In this document: piece by piece, positions 29,440-48,800 of the stretch
Numbering within the stretch: position 1 is the first letter of the stretch
Layout: the number at the start of each line of letters is the position of its first letter
Assembly: GCF_009914755.1 (NCBI RefSeq)
Contig: NC_060928.1
Direction: 5' to 3' (one strand)
From: the human T2T-CHM13v2.0 reference genome, Homo sapiens
Length of the DNA: 64,000 nucleotides
Position numbers and translations under genes: made by a program
Notes under the pieces: generated by a model
What the model was told of the DNA's origin: nothing
Databases searched by the model: none
The model's input: the letters and a program-made list of their open reading frames with translations, nothing else

Positions 29440-30776
29440 TTTTTTTTAGTATTTATTGATCATTCTTGGGTGTTTCTTGCAGAGGGGGATTTGGCAGGGT
29501 CATAGGACAATAGTGGAGGGAAGGTCAGCAGATAAACAAGTGAACAAGGGTCTCTGGTTTTCCTAGGCAGAGGACCCTGCGGCCTTCCGCAGTGTTTGTG
29601 TCCCTGGGTACTTGAGATTAGGGAGTGGTGATGACTCTTAAGGAGCATGCTGCCTTCAAGCATCTGTTTAACAAAGCACATCTTGCACCGCCCTTAATCC
29701 ATTTAACCCTGAGTGGACACAGCACATGTTTCAGAGAGCAGGGGGTTGGGGGTAAGGTTATAGATTAACAGCATCCCAAGGCAGAAGAATTTTTCTTAGT
29801 ACAGAACAAAATGGAGTCTCCTATGTCTACTTCTTTCTACACAGACACAGCAACAATCTGATTTCTCTATCTCTTCCCCACATTTCCCCCTTTTCTATTA
29901 GACAAAACTGCCATCGTCATCATGGCCCATTCTCAATGAGCTGTTGGGTACACCTCCCAGACGGGGTGGCGGCCAGGCAGAGGGGCTCCTCACTTCCCAG
30001 AAGGGGTGGCCAGGCAGAGGCGCCCCCCACCTCCCAGACAGGGCGGCTGCTGGGCGGAGGGGCTCCTCACTTCTCAGACAGGGCGGCCGGGCAGAGACGC
30101 TGCTCACCTCCCACATGGGGTCACGGCAGGGCAGAGGCGTTCCTCACATCCCAGACGGGGCGGCAGGGCAGAGATGCTCCCCACATCTCAGACAATGGGC
30201 GGCTGGGCAGAGACGCTCCTCACTTCCTAGACGGGATGGCAGCCGGGAAGAGGCGCTCCTCACTTCCCAGATGATGGGTGGCCAGGCAGAGATGATCCTC
30301 ACTTCCCAGACGGGGTGGCGGCCGGGCAGAGGCTGCAATCTCGGCACTTTGGGAGGCCAAAGCAGGCGGCTGGGAGGTGGAGGTTGTAGCGAGCCGAGAT
30401 CACGCCACCGCACTCCAGCCTGGGCAACATTGAGCACTGAGTGAACGAGACTCCATCTGCAATCCCAGCACTTCGCGAGGCCGAGGCTGGCAGATCACTC
30501 GTGGTTAGGAGCTGAAGACCAGCCCGGCCAACACAGCGAAACCCCGTCTCCACCAAAAAAATACGAAAACCAGTCAGGCGTGGCGGCGCGCGCCTGCAAT
30601 CCCAGGCACTCTGCAGGCTGAGGCAGCAGAATCAGGCAGGGAGGTTGCAGTGAGCCGAGATGGTGGCAGTACAGTCCAGCTTCGGCTGGGCATCAGAGGG
30701 AGACCGTGGAGAGAGAGGGAGCGGGAGACCGTGGGAGAGGGAGAGGGAGGGGGAGGGGGAGAGGGAGAGGGAGAGG
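29440..30776 (-). mobile_element. Full-length SVA (older A-C type) with short VNTR
   Basis: SINE-R 29450-29945, GC-rich VNTR ~29945-30330, Alu-like region, (CCCTCT)n hexamers ending 30776; TSD ggttgcattttt at 29276 and 30777. Confidence 0.96.
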
Positions 30777-33210
30777 GGTTGCATTTTTAAGCTACAGAAT
30801 TTCCACTTGCTTCTTTTTAATTATTTTAATCTCTTTGTTAAATTTATCTGATAGAATTCTGAATTCCTTCTCTGCATTATCTTGAATTTCTTTGAGTTTC
30901 CTTAAAACAGCTATTTTTAATTCTCTGTGTGAATGGCCACATATCTCTATTTCTCCAGGATTGGTTCCTCGTTCCTTATCTAGTTTGGTGAGGTCATGTC
31001 TTCCTGGATGGTCTTGATATTTATGGAAGTTCATTGGTGTCTGGACATGGAAGGGTTAAGTATTTATTATAGTCTTTGCTATAGGGGCTTTTTTGTACCC
31101 ATCCTCCTTGGGAAGGCTTTATAGGTATTCAGAAAGATTTGGATGCCGTGACCTAATCCATATCTGCATTAAGGGGCACTGCAAGCCCAGGATCACTGTG
31201 GTTCTTCCTAACTCGTACTGGTACCACCTTGGTGGCCCTGAATAAGATCCAGAAGAATTCTCCACATTTCCAAGCAGAGACTCTTGTTCTCTCCCCTACT
31301 TTCTCCCAAACAAATGGAGTCTTTTTCTCTCTCTGCTGAACCACCTGGAGCTGAAGATGGTGTGACACAGTGCCCCCTGTGACCACTACCACTAGGACTG
31401 CACTGGGTCAGACCTGAAGCCAGCACAGCCCTGGTTCTCACCCAAGGCCTGCTGTAACCACTACCAGGCTACTATATGCTCAAGGCCTTAGGGCTCTACA
31501 ATCAACAGGTGATGAAACCAGTTGGGCTCATGTCCTTCTTTTCAGGTTGGCAAGTTCCCCTAGGCACAATGTGGGTCCAGAGTTACCATCTGGAAGCCTG
31601 GGACTGGAGTCAAAAACCTTAGAGATCTACCTGGTATTCTATTCTACTGTGGCTGGGCTGTCACTCAAACCAAGTCACACAGCCATTCCCCTTCTTCCCT
31701 CCCCTTTCACAAGCAGAAGAGCCTCACCCCATTGCCACCACCACCACAGACCCACAGGGAGTACTACCAGACTACCACCAATATTCAGTTAAGGCCAAAG
31801 GGCTCTTCAGTCAGCTTGTGGTGAGTGCTGCCAAGCCTGGGACTCACCCTTCAGGGCAGCGGACTTTTTCTATCCCAGGGCAGGTCCAAGAATGCCATTC
31901 AAGAGCCAAGGCCTGGAATCAGGGGCCCTAAGAGCCCACTTGATATTCCACCCCACTGTGACAGAGATGGTACCTAAGGTGACAAAGTCCACTTTTCTTT
32001 TCCCTCTGCTCTTCTCAAGTGGAAGGAGTCTCTCCCCAAAGCCACCACTGCTAGGAATGTGCTGCATTACACCTGATACCAGTATGTCTGAGTCTCACCC
32101 AAGGCCTGCAGCATACCACCTGGGTACCACTGCTGGTTCTTCAAGGCCTAAGAGCTCTTTAGTCAGTAGGTAATGGATCCTGCCTAAACTGGGTCCTTCC
32201 CTTCAAGGTAGTAGGTTCCTTTCTGGCCCAGAGTATGTCTAGAAATTTCATCCAAGGGCTAGGTCCCGGAATGGGAGCCTCACGACTATGACCAGTACGC
32301 TATCATACTGTGGCTGAGCTGCTATCCAAGATGCAAGACAGTTGTCCTTACTCTTCCCTCTCTTCTCCTCAAGCAGAAATCAAGGGTCTCTTTTGAAGAT
32401 GCAAGCTATGCTGCCTGGGGTTGGTAGGAGGGCATGATGTAGGCACTCCCTTAGCCACCCTGGCTAGTGTCTAGTAGGCCACATGCCACCCAAGTCCACT
32501 GGCTCAGAGCCCAGCTCAGCACTAGTTGGGTAGGGTACTGGTCAGAGTCGTGAGGACCCCATTTCACTTGCAGTCGTTCTGGCCTACTGCTCCTAAAGAG
32601 AAGCAGTCTAGCGCCCAAGAGCACTCCCAGCCACAGTGGCAAGACTTGCTGGAACTCAAGTTCTGACCACTGGGATGCACAATTCCCCTCTGGCTAGGGC
32701 CAGTCCAAATATTCCCTCTGTAGCCGGGCATCAGCTGAGTACAGCCTGGTTTTGATTTCCACTCTGACAGGAGTGAGTTCAGTGCAAAGCCCCACAATCA
32801 CTGTGCTCTCCCTCTTTCAAGTGCACAGATTCTTGGTACCATGTGGCCACTGCTGAAGGATGGGGGAATGGTGGTGTCAGCAATTCAAGACTGTCTTTCC
32901 TACCCTCTTCACTGCCTCTTTCAGAGACATGAAGTCAAAACCAGGCACAGGACTAATCTGGTATTTGGTTCCTATGATGGTGTTCCCTTTGTATAGATAG
33001 TGTCAAACTTGGTGTTCCTGTAGGGGATGACCAGGGGAACCCTCTGTTCATCCATCTTGCTCCAGCACTCCCCAAGCATTACAGTTTGATTAGCACATAA
33101 GCATTAAATGGCCTTAGTGTCCTGTCACTGAGACACTAAAAATCAAGTCCCCACATTTCCAAATGTTTCCTGTGAGGGAGTAGCTGCCTTACCCAGAAAG
33201 TGTTGATTTC

Positions 33211-33509
33211 TTTTTTTTTTTTTTTTTTGAGACAGAGTCTCACTCTGGTGTCGCCAGCCTGGAGTGCAGTAGCGTGATCTTGGTGCACTGCAACCTCCGC
33301 CTCCTGGGTTCAAGCAATTCTACCTCATCCTCCCGAATAGCTGGGACTACAGGCACGGGCCACTAGGCCTAGCTAATTTTTTTATATTTTTAGTAGAGAC
33401 GGGGTTTCTCCATGTTGGCCAGGATGGTCTCAATCTCCTGACCTCATGATCCACCCGCCTCGGCCTTCCTAAGTGCTGGGATTACAGACGTGAGCCACCG
33501 CGTCTGGCC
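33211..33509 (-). mobile_element. AluS (Sc/Sg-like)
   Basis: Full dimer; TSD aaag(g)tg(t/c)tgatttct. Confidence 0.94.
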
Positions 33510-33562
33510 AAAGGTGCTGATTTCTAACACAGCACTTTGTATTACAAATAAATCTCATTTCC

Positions 33563-33880
33563 TGCTGGACGAGGTGGCTCACGCCTCTAATCCCAGCACC
33601 TTGGGAGGCCGAAGGGGGCAGATCACCTGAGGTCGGGAGTTCGAGACCAGCCTAACCAACATGGAAAAACCCCATCTCTGCTAAAAATACAAAATCAGCT
33701 GGGCGTAGTGGCACACGCCTGTAATCCCAGCTACTCAGGAGGCTGAGGTAGGAGAATCGCTTGAACCTGGGAGGCGGAGATTTCAGTGAGCCAAGGTCAT
33801 GCCAATTGCACTCCAGCCTGGGCAAAAAGAGTGAAATGCCATCTCAAAAAAAAAAAAGAAAGAAAGAAAGAAAGAAAGAA
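33563..33880 (+). mobile_element. AluSp-like with A/(GAAA)n tail, inserted in a MIR
   Basis: 'ctgaggtcgggagttcgagaccagcctaaccaacatggaaaaaccc'; TSD aaatc(t/c)catttcc at 33550 and 33879. Confidence 0.94.
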
Positions 33881-34010
33881 ATCCCATTTCCATTTTACAA
33901 CAAAGATCACAGAGACTCTAAGAGATTAAACTCCTTATGCTTATTATTAGCCGGTCAGTGCTAGCACTGATTTCAAAATTAAGTCTAATTCCAAAGCCTG
34001 CTCTACTTAG
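33881..34010 (-). mobile_element. Degenerate MIR
   Basis: 'ccattttacaac...agagattaa...gatttcaaaattaagtctaattccaaagcctgctct'. Confidence 0.6.
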
Positions 34011-34043
34011 CAGCTTCTAGGTGCTAAAAGAATTTAAGGAGGT

Positions 34044-34433
34044 TATGTAGTCAGCTAGGGCTGCCATCACAGAATACCACAGACTGAGTGGCTTAAACAA
34101 TGGGAATAAATTTTCTTACTGTTCTGGAAGGTGAGAAGACCAAGACTCAGGTTCTGACATTGTTTAGTTTCTAGTGAGGATTCTCTTCCTGGCTTGTAGA
34201 TGGCATATTCTACTATGTCTTCATGTGGTCTTTCCTTGCTGTGTGCATCTGATGTTTCTTCCTGCAAGGACACTAATCCTATCAGATTGGGGCCCCACCC
34301 TTATAACCTCATTTAACCTTAATTATCTCCATAAAATGCCCATCTCCAAATACAGCCATTTGGGTGTTAGGCCGTGGGTGTTAGGGCTGCAACATATGAA
34401 CTTTGAAGGGACATAAACATTCAGTCTATAACA
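34044..34433 (-). mobile_element. MLT1B/C solo LTR
   Basis: 'gctagggctgccatcacagaataccacagactgagtggcttaaacaa...cattcagtctataaca'. Confidence 0.85.
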
Positions 34434-34714
34434 AAAGTTGAGGACAGACAACAAGTCATTAGATTTGGTGATTGAGATCACAGACTAACTCTGTACAAAC
34501 AGTTTTGATATAATGGTAGGGTCAGAAATTGTGTGGAGACTAAATAAGGAGTGATATTTGAGGAAAATGTCCTGATAATTCATATCTGTAGGGAGTAAAG
34601 GATGGAGGGAGATGGGAGAGTCCGTTTAGCGATCATTCAGAGTTGAGAACCTCATAATCGAAAAATGGTATATTGAGCACTAAAGTCAACACATCCTAGT
34701 AAACAGAATGTTTC

Positions 34715-35125
34715 TGTCTTTATTTTGTGCTGCTGTAACAGAACACCCTGGGACTGCATAATTTATAATGAACAGAAATTCATTGGCTTATGGTTTAGGA
34801 GGCTGGAAAGTCAAAACTTATATTGAATTCTTTCAGCACCTGGGAGCAGCTAAGTAGAACAGGCTTTAGAATTAGACTTAATTTTGAAACCAGGTGCTAG
34901 CACTGACCAGCTAATGGTGAGCATAAGATGCCAATGTTATCTCTCAGAGTCTCTGTGACCTTTGTTGTAAAACAGAAATTAGATTTTATAACAGCACCAA
35001 TCCTACCCATACGATGGAGCACTCCTGGCCTAATCACCTCTCAAAGGCCCACCTCTTAATACTGTTACAATGTCAGTTATATTTCAACATGAGTTTTGGT
35101 GAGGACAAATATTCAAACCATAGCA
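34715..35125 (-). mobile_element. MST (MSTC/D-like) solo LTR whose centre is replaced by foreign sequence
   Basis: TG...CA ends with perfect TSD gtttc (34710-34714, 35126-35130); MST-like 34715-34815 and ~35010-35125. Confidence 0.85.
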
Positions 35126-35394
35126 GTTTCTAACTAAAGATATCTACTTTAACTCAAGGTATTTATTTTAAGATGATATATCTTAAGATTTAAGATTATA
35201 TCTAGTGGCAGAGTAGCATTCACTGGATCGGGATAAAAGAACAATTCTGAAATCCTCTCTTTCCATGATTTTCCCAATCCCATACTTTGACTGAGACCTA
35301 CAAATTAAAAGAAATATATTTTATATCAACACTATGAGTACACACACATACACCCCCCACAGACTCCTGAAACAAAATTTTAAAATTATATGGT

Positions 35395-36260
35395 ATGATT
35401 TCTATTGCTGCATACTAAGCCAGCCCAAAACTTGGTTGCTTGAAAACGAAACAAAAATTGCTCACAAATGTGGGATTCAGGCAGGACTTATAGGTGGTAG
35501 GGATAGTATATCTGATCTCTCCTACCCCACTTGGCATTAGCTGAGGCAGCTCAGCAGGGACTGGAGGATCCATCCTCAAGATAGCTGATCTACATTGCTG
35601 GCAGTTTAATGTTGGCTATCATTTGGTAGCTAAGCCAGGGCTGTGGGTCAAGGTCCTCTCCATGGACTTCTTGGTTTCAAAAGCAAACCTTCTAAGAAGA
35701 GAAGGTGGAAGTATGGGCATTTTTTATGATCCAACCTAAGAGAACACTTCGTGTCACTTTTGCCATTGTTATGGACTGAATGTTTATGTCTCTCCAAAAT
35801 TTGTATGTGGAAATCCTAACCCTTAATGTGATGGTCTTAGGAGGCAGGGCCTCAGGGAGGTGATTAGGTCATGAGAGTAAAACCCTCATGAATGGTACTA
35901 GTGCTCTTATAAAAGGGATCCCAGAGAGCTTTCTCACTCTCTTCCTGCCATATAAAGATATAAGAAGACAGTGGTCTGAAACCTGGCCTTGGGTTTCAGA
36001 ACCCAACCATACTGGCACCCTGATCTCAGACTTCCAACCTCCAGAATTGTGAGAAATGCATTTCTGTTGTTTATAAGCTACCCAATCTATGGTACTTTAT
36101 TACAGCAGCCCATGTCAGCCATATTCTATTGGTTGAAGTAGTCACAAAGGTCCACCCAAGTTTTCAGGGAAGAGACAAAGACCCCCCACTCAATAGGTAG
36201 AGCATCAACATCACATTGCAAGAAGAATACATTGAATGGGAGAAACTATCTTGGGTATTC
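35395..36260 (-). mobile_element. Old MLT1 (H-K type) LTR, split by a younger MLT1
   Basis: 'ttctattgctgcatac...cccaaaactt', 'gtcacttttgccat|attctattggttgaagtagtcacaa'. Confidence 0.65.
35767..36117 (+). mobile_element. MLT1A/B solo LTR
   Basis: tgttatggactgaatgtttatgtc...; perfect TSD gccat at 35762-35766 and 36118-36122. Confidence 0.88.
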
Positions 36261-36959
36261 ATAGAAAATATAATTTGCCACACTCTGCTTACCTTGTACC
36301 ATACTACACTATACCACACTGGTACTATACTACGGGACAAGCAGTATATTCTGATATATTGTAGTCTACTGTTTTTTATGCTGATGATTACCACTGAACT
36401 GTGTTAACAATCTAGTGGCTCCCCATCCTCAGTTTGAAAAACACTGTCCTGTACAATTGTAAATTGAGACAATAGTAAAAAATTTCCCTTCTACACTGGC
36501 AGAATGCTTTAAGAAAATAAATACAGGGATTACTGAAATAGATCAGAAAGATTAAAGTAAAAATAACTGAGCAAAATGAAGTTTGCCACTTTTACTTTCT
36601 AATACCTGTTTATAAGAGCAATGTTTGGCAATCTCAGATGAGTTCATTTTATAACTGAGTCAAAATCTTAACATACATCATTGCTTAGGCCAAAATAAAA
36701 CCTCTAATTATTATGGCAAACCATGATACCTCTATACTTTTTTTTATATATAAAATGCCTTTTTCAAGTCAATTGTAGAAAATGTGCATAACCAACTGAT
36801 TGTAACACAATCCTTTAACTTGATTCATTCTTTACTTATTCATACAAACTATTTAGGTATGGAATTTAAGAGTTCCTTGAAGTCATCATCTTTGTGACAA
36901 GATCTCTAAGCAAGCAAGTGGCTGGCGCCGTAAAGGCTAAAGGAAGAGTGATCTAAATC

Positions 36960-37081
36960 TTGTTCCTCTGAATGGGTCCTGGGGACCAATAGTCTGGGTA
37001 TCACCTGAGAGCTTGTAGAAAAGCTCCTGACAAGTCAGAATCTGCATTTTAACAAGATACCCCAGGAGATTCCTGAACCCA
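36960..37081. mobile_element. MER5A
   Basis: 'atcacctgagagcttgtagaaa...tcagaatctgcattttaacaagatacccc'. Confidence 0.8.
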
Positions 37082-37730
37082 TTCAGGTTTGAATAGTACT
37101 GACCGAAATCGATGTTTTCCGAAGTGTTTAGTTTGTGCAACCTATGAGTAAAATATGTGGCATGAGTATATGTCTATGTGTATCTTTGCATAATACACAT
37201 ACACTGCTATAATATTTTATAAACCATATGATGCATCAAATAGAAATTTTTAACAGATGAGGTAAACAGATATCAGTAGGAGTTCTAATCCTTCTCTCTC
37301 ACTCCCTCACTGTTTCATCTTAATAAGTTCCAGAGGTACAAGCACCCTGTTTTGGAGCCCACTGGCCTAAATCACACCACGAGCTCAAATAGCTTTCTCT
37401 TGACTAAGTCACATTGCCCAGAAACACATGAATACTCTTGTGACACGCTGCAGTAAAATGAACAATTTATAAAGTTCCATGCATTTAAAATTCCTTCCCC
37501 TCTTTAAAAGCAAATATGTGTTGATATACTTAACAGATCATTAAATTTTGGCTTCTTAGAAATTAATCGCTTATTTTAAGGAACTCTGATCCCCAGTATT
37601 GCTTGCAGGAAATGAGTAAACATATGTTTGCATGTGAGATGATACACTGGCATAAACTTTTAATAGCACACTTTAAAAATGATGCAAGGTTTCTAAAAAT
37701 TATAATCTAGCCATTAAAAATTATACAGTA

Positions 37731-38086
<356 letters not shown>

Positions 38087-38362
38087 CACCTGTGTATATT
38101 TTTTTGACACAGAAAATACGGTATATTTTTAAGTGAAATCTAAATGCTAGTGGTAACCACAGATTATTGGGGACTGTGTTTCAATGGTTCTCATTATGTT
38201 TTTGTTTTATTTGTGTTTTCTAATTCTTCTGCAATTACCATGTTTTATTTGTGTAATGAATTAGTCACTAACGGTGACATCACTGGCATGCCCTGAGCCT
38301 GGGGTGCCTAATGGGTTGAATCAATTCTTCACGTAGTTACTGGAGTCTGCCAGTCAGTTTTC

Positions 38363-44327
<5,965 letters not shown>

Positions 44328-44447
44328 AGTTTGCCAGTCAGTTTTCATATAAACCAGAGGGAAGGTTATACGCTGTCTGTTTTTTCCTCTGTAAGTAATC
44401 AGAAATTACACCATCTGTATGTTATATACACATGTACATAACATTCC

Positions 44448-44784
44448 TGTCTTAGTTTGTTCAGTCGGCTATAGCAAGTTACCATAGACTAGGTGGCTTA
44501 GACCACAAATATTCATTTCTCACAGTTCTGGAGGCTGAAATCCAAGATCAGGGTGCGGGCCATCTTCCCAGTTATGTCCTCACATGGCCTTCCTTGGTGG
44601 TGCATACAAGCAGAGAGAGCAGAAATGATCTTGTGTCTCTTCTTCTTTCTATAAGGGCATTAATCCATCATGGGAACTTCACTGTCATGACCTAATCCTC
44701 TCCAGGGCTTCAGCTCCTAATACCATTACACTGGGGTTAGGGCTTCATCATATGAATTGGAGAGATACAAATCTGTCCATAGCA
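44448..44784 (-). mobile_element. MLT1A/B-like solo LTR
   Basis: tgtcttagtttgttcag...accatagactaggtggctta...gtccatagca. Confidence 0.82.
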
Positions 44785-44936
44785 TTTCTTTCACAGCTAA
44801 ATTGGCATTTACATTTCAAGAAGAGAAAGTGTCCAAGAGTAACAATTGAAGTATAAAGTGGGTTCTTTCTTTTAAACACTTTGTATTATGTTATCTCCAT
44901 CATGAAGCCGTTTAAGAAAAGGAACTGCATTCTCAG

Positions 44937-45440
44937 TGTATTAGTTATCTATTGCTGTATAATCTGTATAAGTTACCCCAAAACTCAGTGATTTAAAACA
45001 ATAGTAAATATGTATCAGCATTGATAGTTTGTATGGATCAGGAATTTGGGAGTGCCCTGGTTGGGCCTTAGTGGCTTGGGGACTCTCACAAGGTTGCAGT
45101 CAGATTAGACTGTGGCCTTAGTCATGGAGGCTTGATTGGGGCTGAGGATATACTTCCAAGGTGACTCAAGTTGGATACTCCCCACCAGGGCCTCACCACA
45201 GGGCTCCTCATGCATCTCCACAGCATGGCAGCTGGCTTCCCCCAGGGGGAGCAACGGGAGAGACCCTTAACAGAACCTGCAATGCCTTTCCTAACCTGCC
45301 TTGAGAATATCACTCCATCTCTCTGCCATATTCTATTCGTCTCACCACAACCCTGATTCACTATGGGAAGGGGATTATACAGGGATCTGATACTAGAGGA
45401 CAGGAATTATTGGGGCCCACTTGGGGTACTTAATAACCAA
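44937..45440 (-). mobile_element. Old MLT1 LTR (F-J type)
   Basis: tgtattagttatctattgctgtataa...ttaccccaaaactcagtgatttaaaacaa. Confidence 0.75.
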
Positions 45441-47312
45441 GAGTGGTTATTAGGTGATAATTTCTTATGTGATAGTTTCTTATGGTGTACTGCTTAGTAA
45501 AGACAGTGCTTTTAAAATGAAGTGTAGGTTAAATAGACACCCTCATCCCAAGTGCCTCTAAAGCAAATAACTGAGGTGATGTTGAGAAAGGCCAAAGCGG
45601 TAATCACTTACGGAGAGTTCAAGAAGTGTAATGCGCACAGTGGGTTCTGGGAGGACCCTGGGTACTAGAAAAGGGAAGGGAAGGGAAGGGAAAAACCAAA
45701 GGATTTCAGCTTCTCTGACGATTCAGGGTGTCCAGATTTAAGATGGAGTTATTTTAGGCACTGAATTGACAATTCCAAAATTTGTGCAGTCCGAAGAAAC
45801 TAAAACTGAAAATTAGAGACAAAGCAGTTCTTTATTTCAACCCTGCAAACGTGTGTATGTTTCCTCTGGGATAGGAAAGGGACATCAATGGGTCAGTAAT
45901 GCAGAGGAGGAGAACTGAAAATGAAGGAGTGGCTACCTGGGCTATGTACATAATTGTTTTTCATTTTTATAGCAACCTGGTAAGTAGGTATTGTTATCCT
46001 TATTTAGTGTGGAAAAATTGAACCTAAAGGATTTACAGTCAGCTACATAGCCAATGTGTGAGGGCCAAAATTGCACTTAACTTCAAAATAGGTCTTTACA
46101 CCATTTAAAAATCAAACTAAATTGGATCAAGTGTAGATAACAGTAGCTACAGGGAAGCATGAGGTGGGTGAGAATTAGCCACTCTCCAACGTAGTCCCTG
46201 CCAGGATATAATGAAAGCAAGTTTCAGACTAAATTCTCCACACACATACTTTTAAACTGTATTAGCAAGGAGGCCCTAAGCAATTCATCAGTCCGTTCTG
46301 TAAACATTCATGAAGTCTCAAGTCTTTATTCTTTTAGGTTCTTCTACCACCACTCTGCAGAAAATATATTGCAGTCAGCTTAACTATATTCCCCAATAGG
46401 ATTCTACTACCCTTAAATTCAGCATCAGGCACCAGAAATCATATAATCCACCAGCAGGATACAGGACCAATCCAGCCTCAGGCAGCACACCAAAGGCTTC
46501 ACTCGATGACTATTCCCTGTTCATACAGGGTCAGGGAAGCCTATTTATACCTTGAATCTCATAAGTAGTGTCTGTTTTTAGAATTTATTTTTCTGATCAA
46601 TAAGCCATTAATTTCATCAATGAAAACTCATTTCTGCCATTCATTAATTCATATCTTAATCAATGGACAGTGGAGTTGCATTTATTAACCAGTACTATGT
46701 CTGACCTTCCTGATTAGATACTAGCTGTTCACTCCTAAAGTGTATATTTCTGACTACCCCAAGGGTTTAATAAACAAAAATCTACATTTGTATCATACTG
46801 TTTATGATGTAGTAAATTATACATGTCAAAGCAAAGGACACAAGCAAATCCTTAGCCCAGACACTAGATGTAGCGGGAGCTCAGCTGAAGACTGAATTAC
46901 TATCGCACTAGAATTCAGCACCATCTTGTTTTGTGCTTTAGTTATCTAATTGCTTCGTGTGTTGGATTTGGCTTCTTAATCAGATTATGAAATTCTTGGA
47001 AAGAGAGAGTTATATACTGTTTATTCTTCTACAATAGCTAGCACAGTGCTAGATACATATAGGTCTAGAATCAATCATTTTTAATTATTAAAATTCATAG
47101 TAATACCTTACAAACACTTGGCCCGTAGGATTCTATAGTTGCTTTGAGATTCTAAAGTACCTCAGTGGACTACAAACCTTAAGAAATTGCCTGACTGACT
47201 TGAGTGATGGAAATGGTATATTTTGTGTAGATTTTCTCATATCAATTCACAGCTTTGTTCTAACAATTATTAAACTTCATTGGGATAAGCATAAAGTATG
47301 AACCATAATAAA

Positions 47313-48800
<1,488 letters not shown>

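Noticed and set aside
29898-30556. Overlapping 70-166 aa ORFs on both strands and a CpG-rich tandem array
   Set aside because: SVA VNTR and Alu-like region; GC-rich repeats lack stops. Not a gene, host CpG-island promoter or CRISPR array
46320-46345. Acceptor-like 'tctttattcttttag|g'
   Set aside because: No convincing paired donor or reading frame identified
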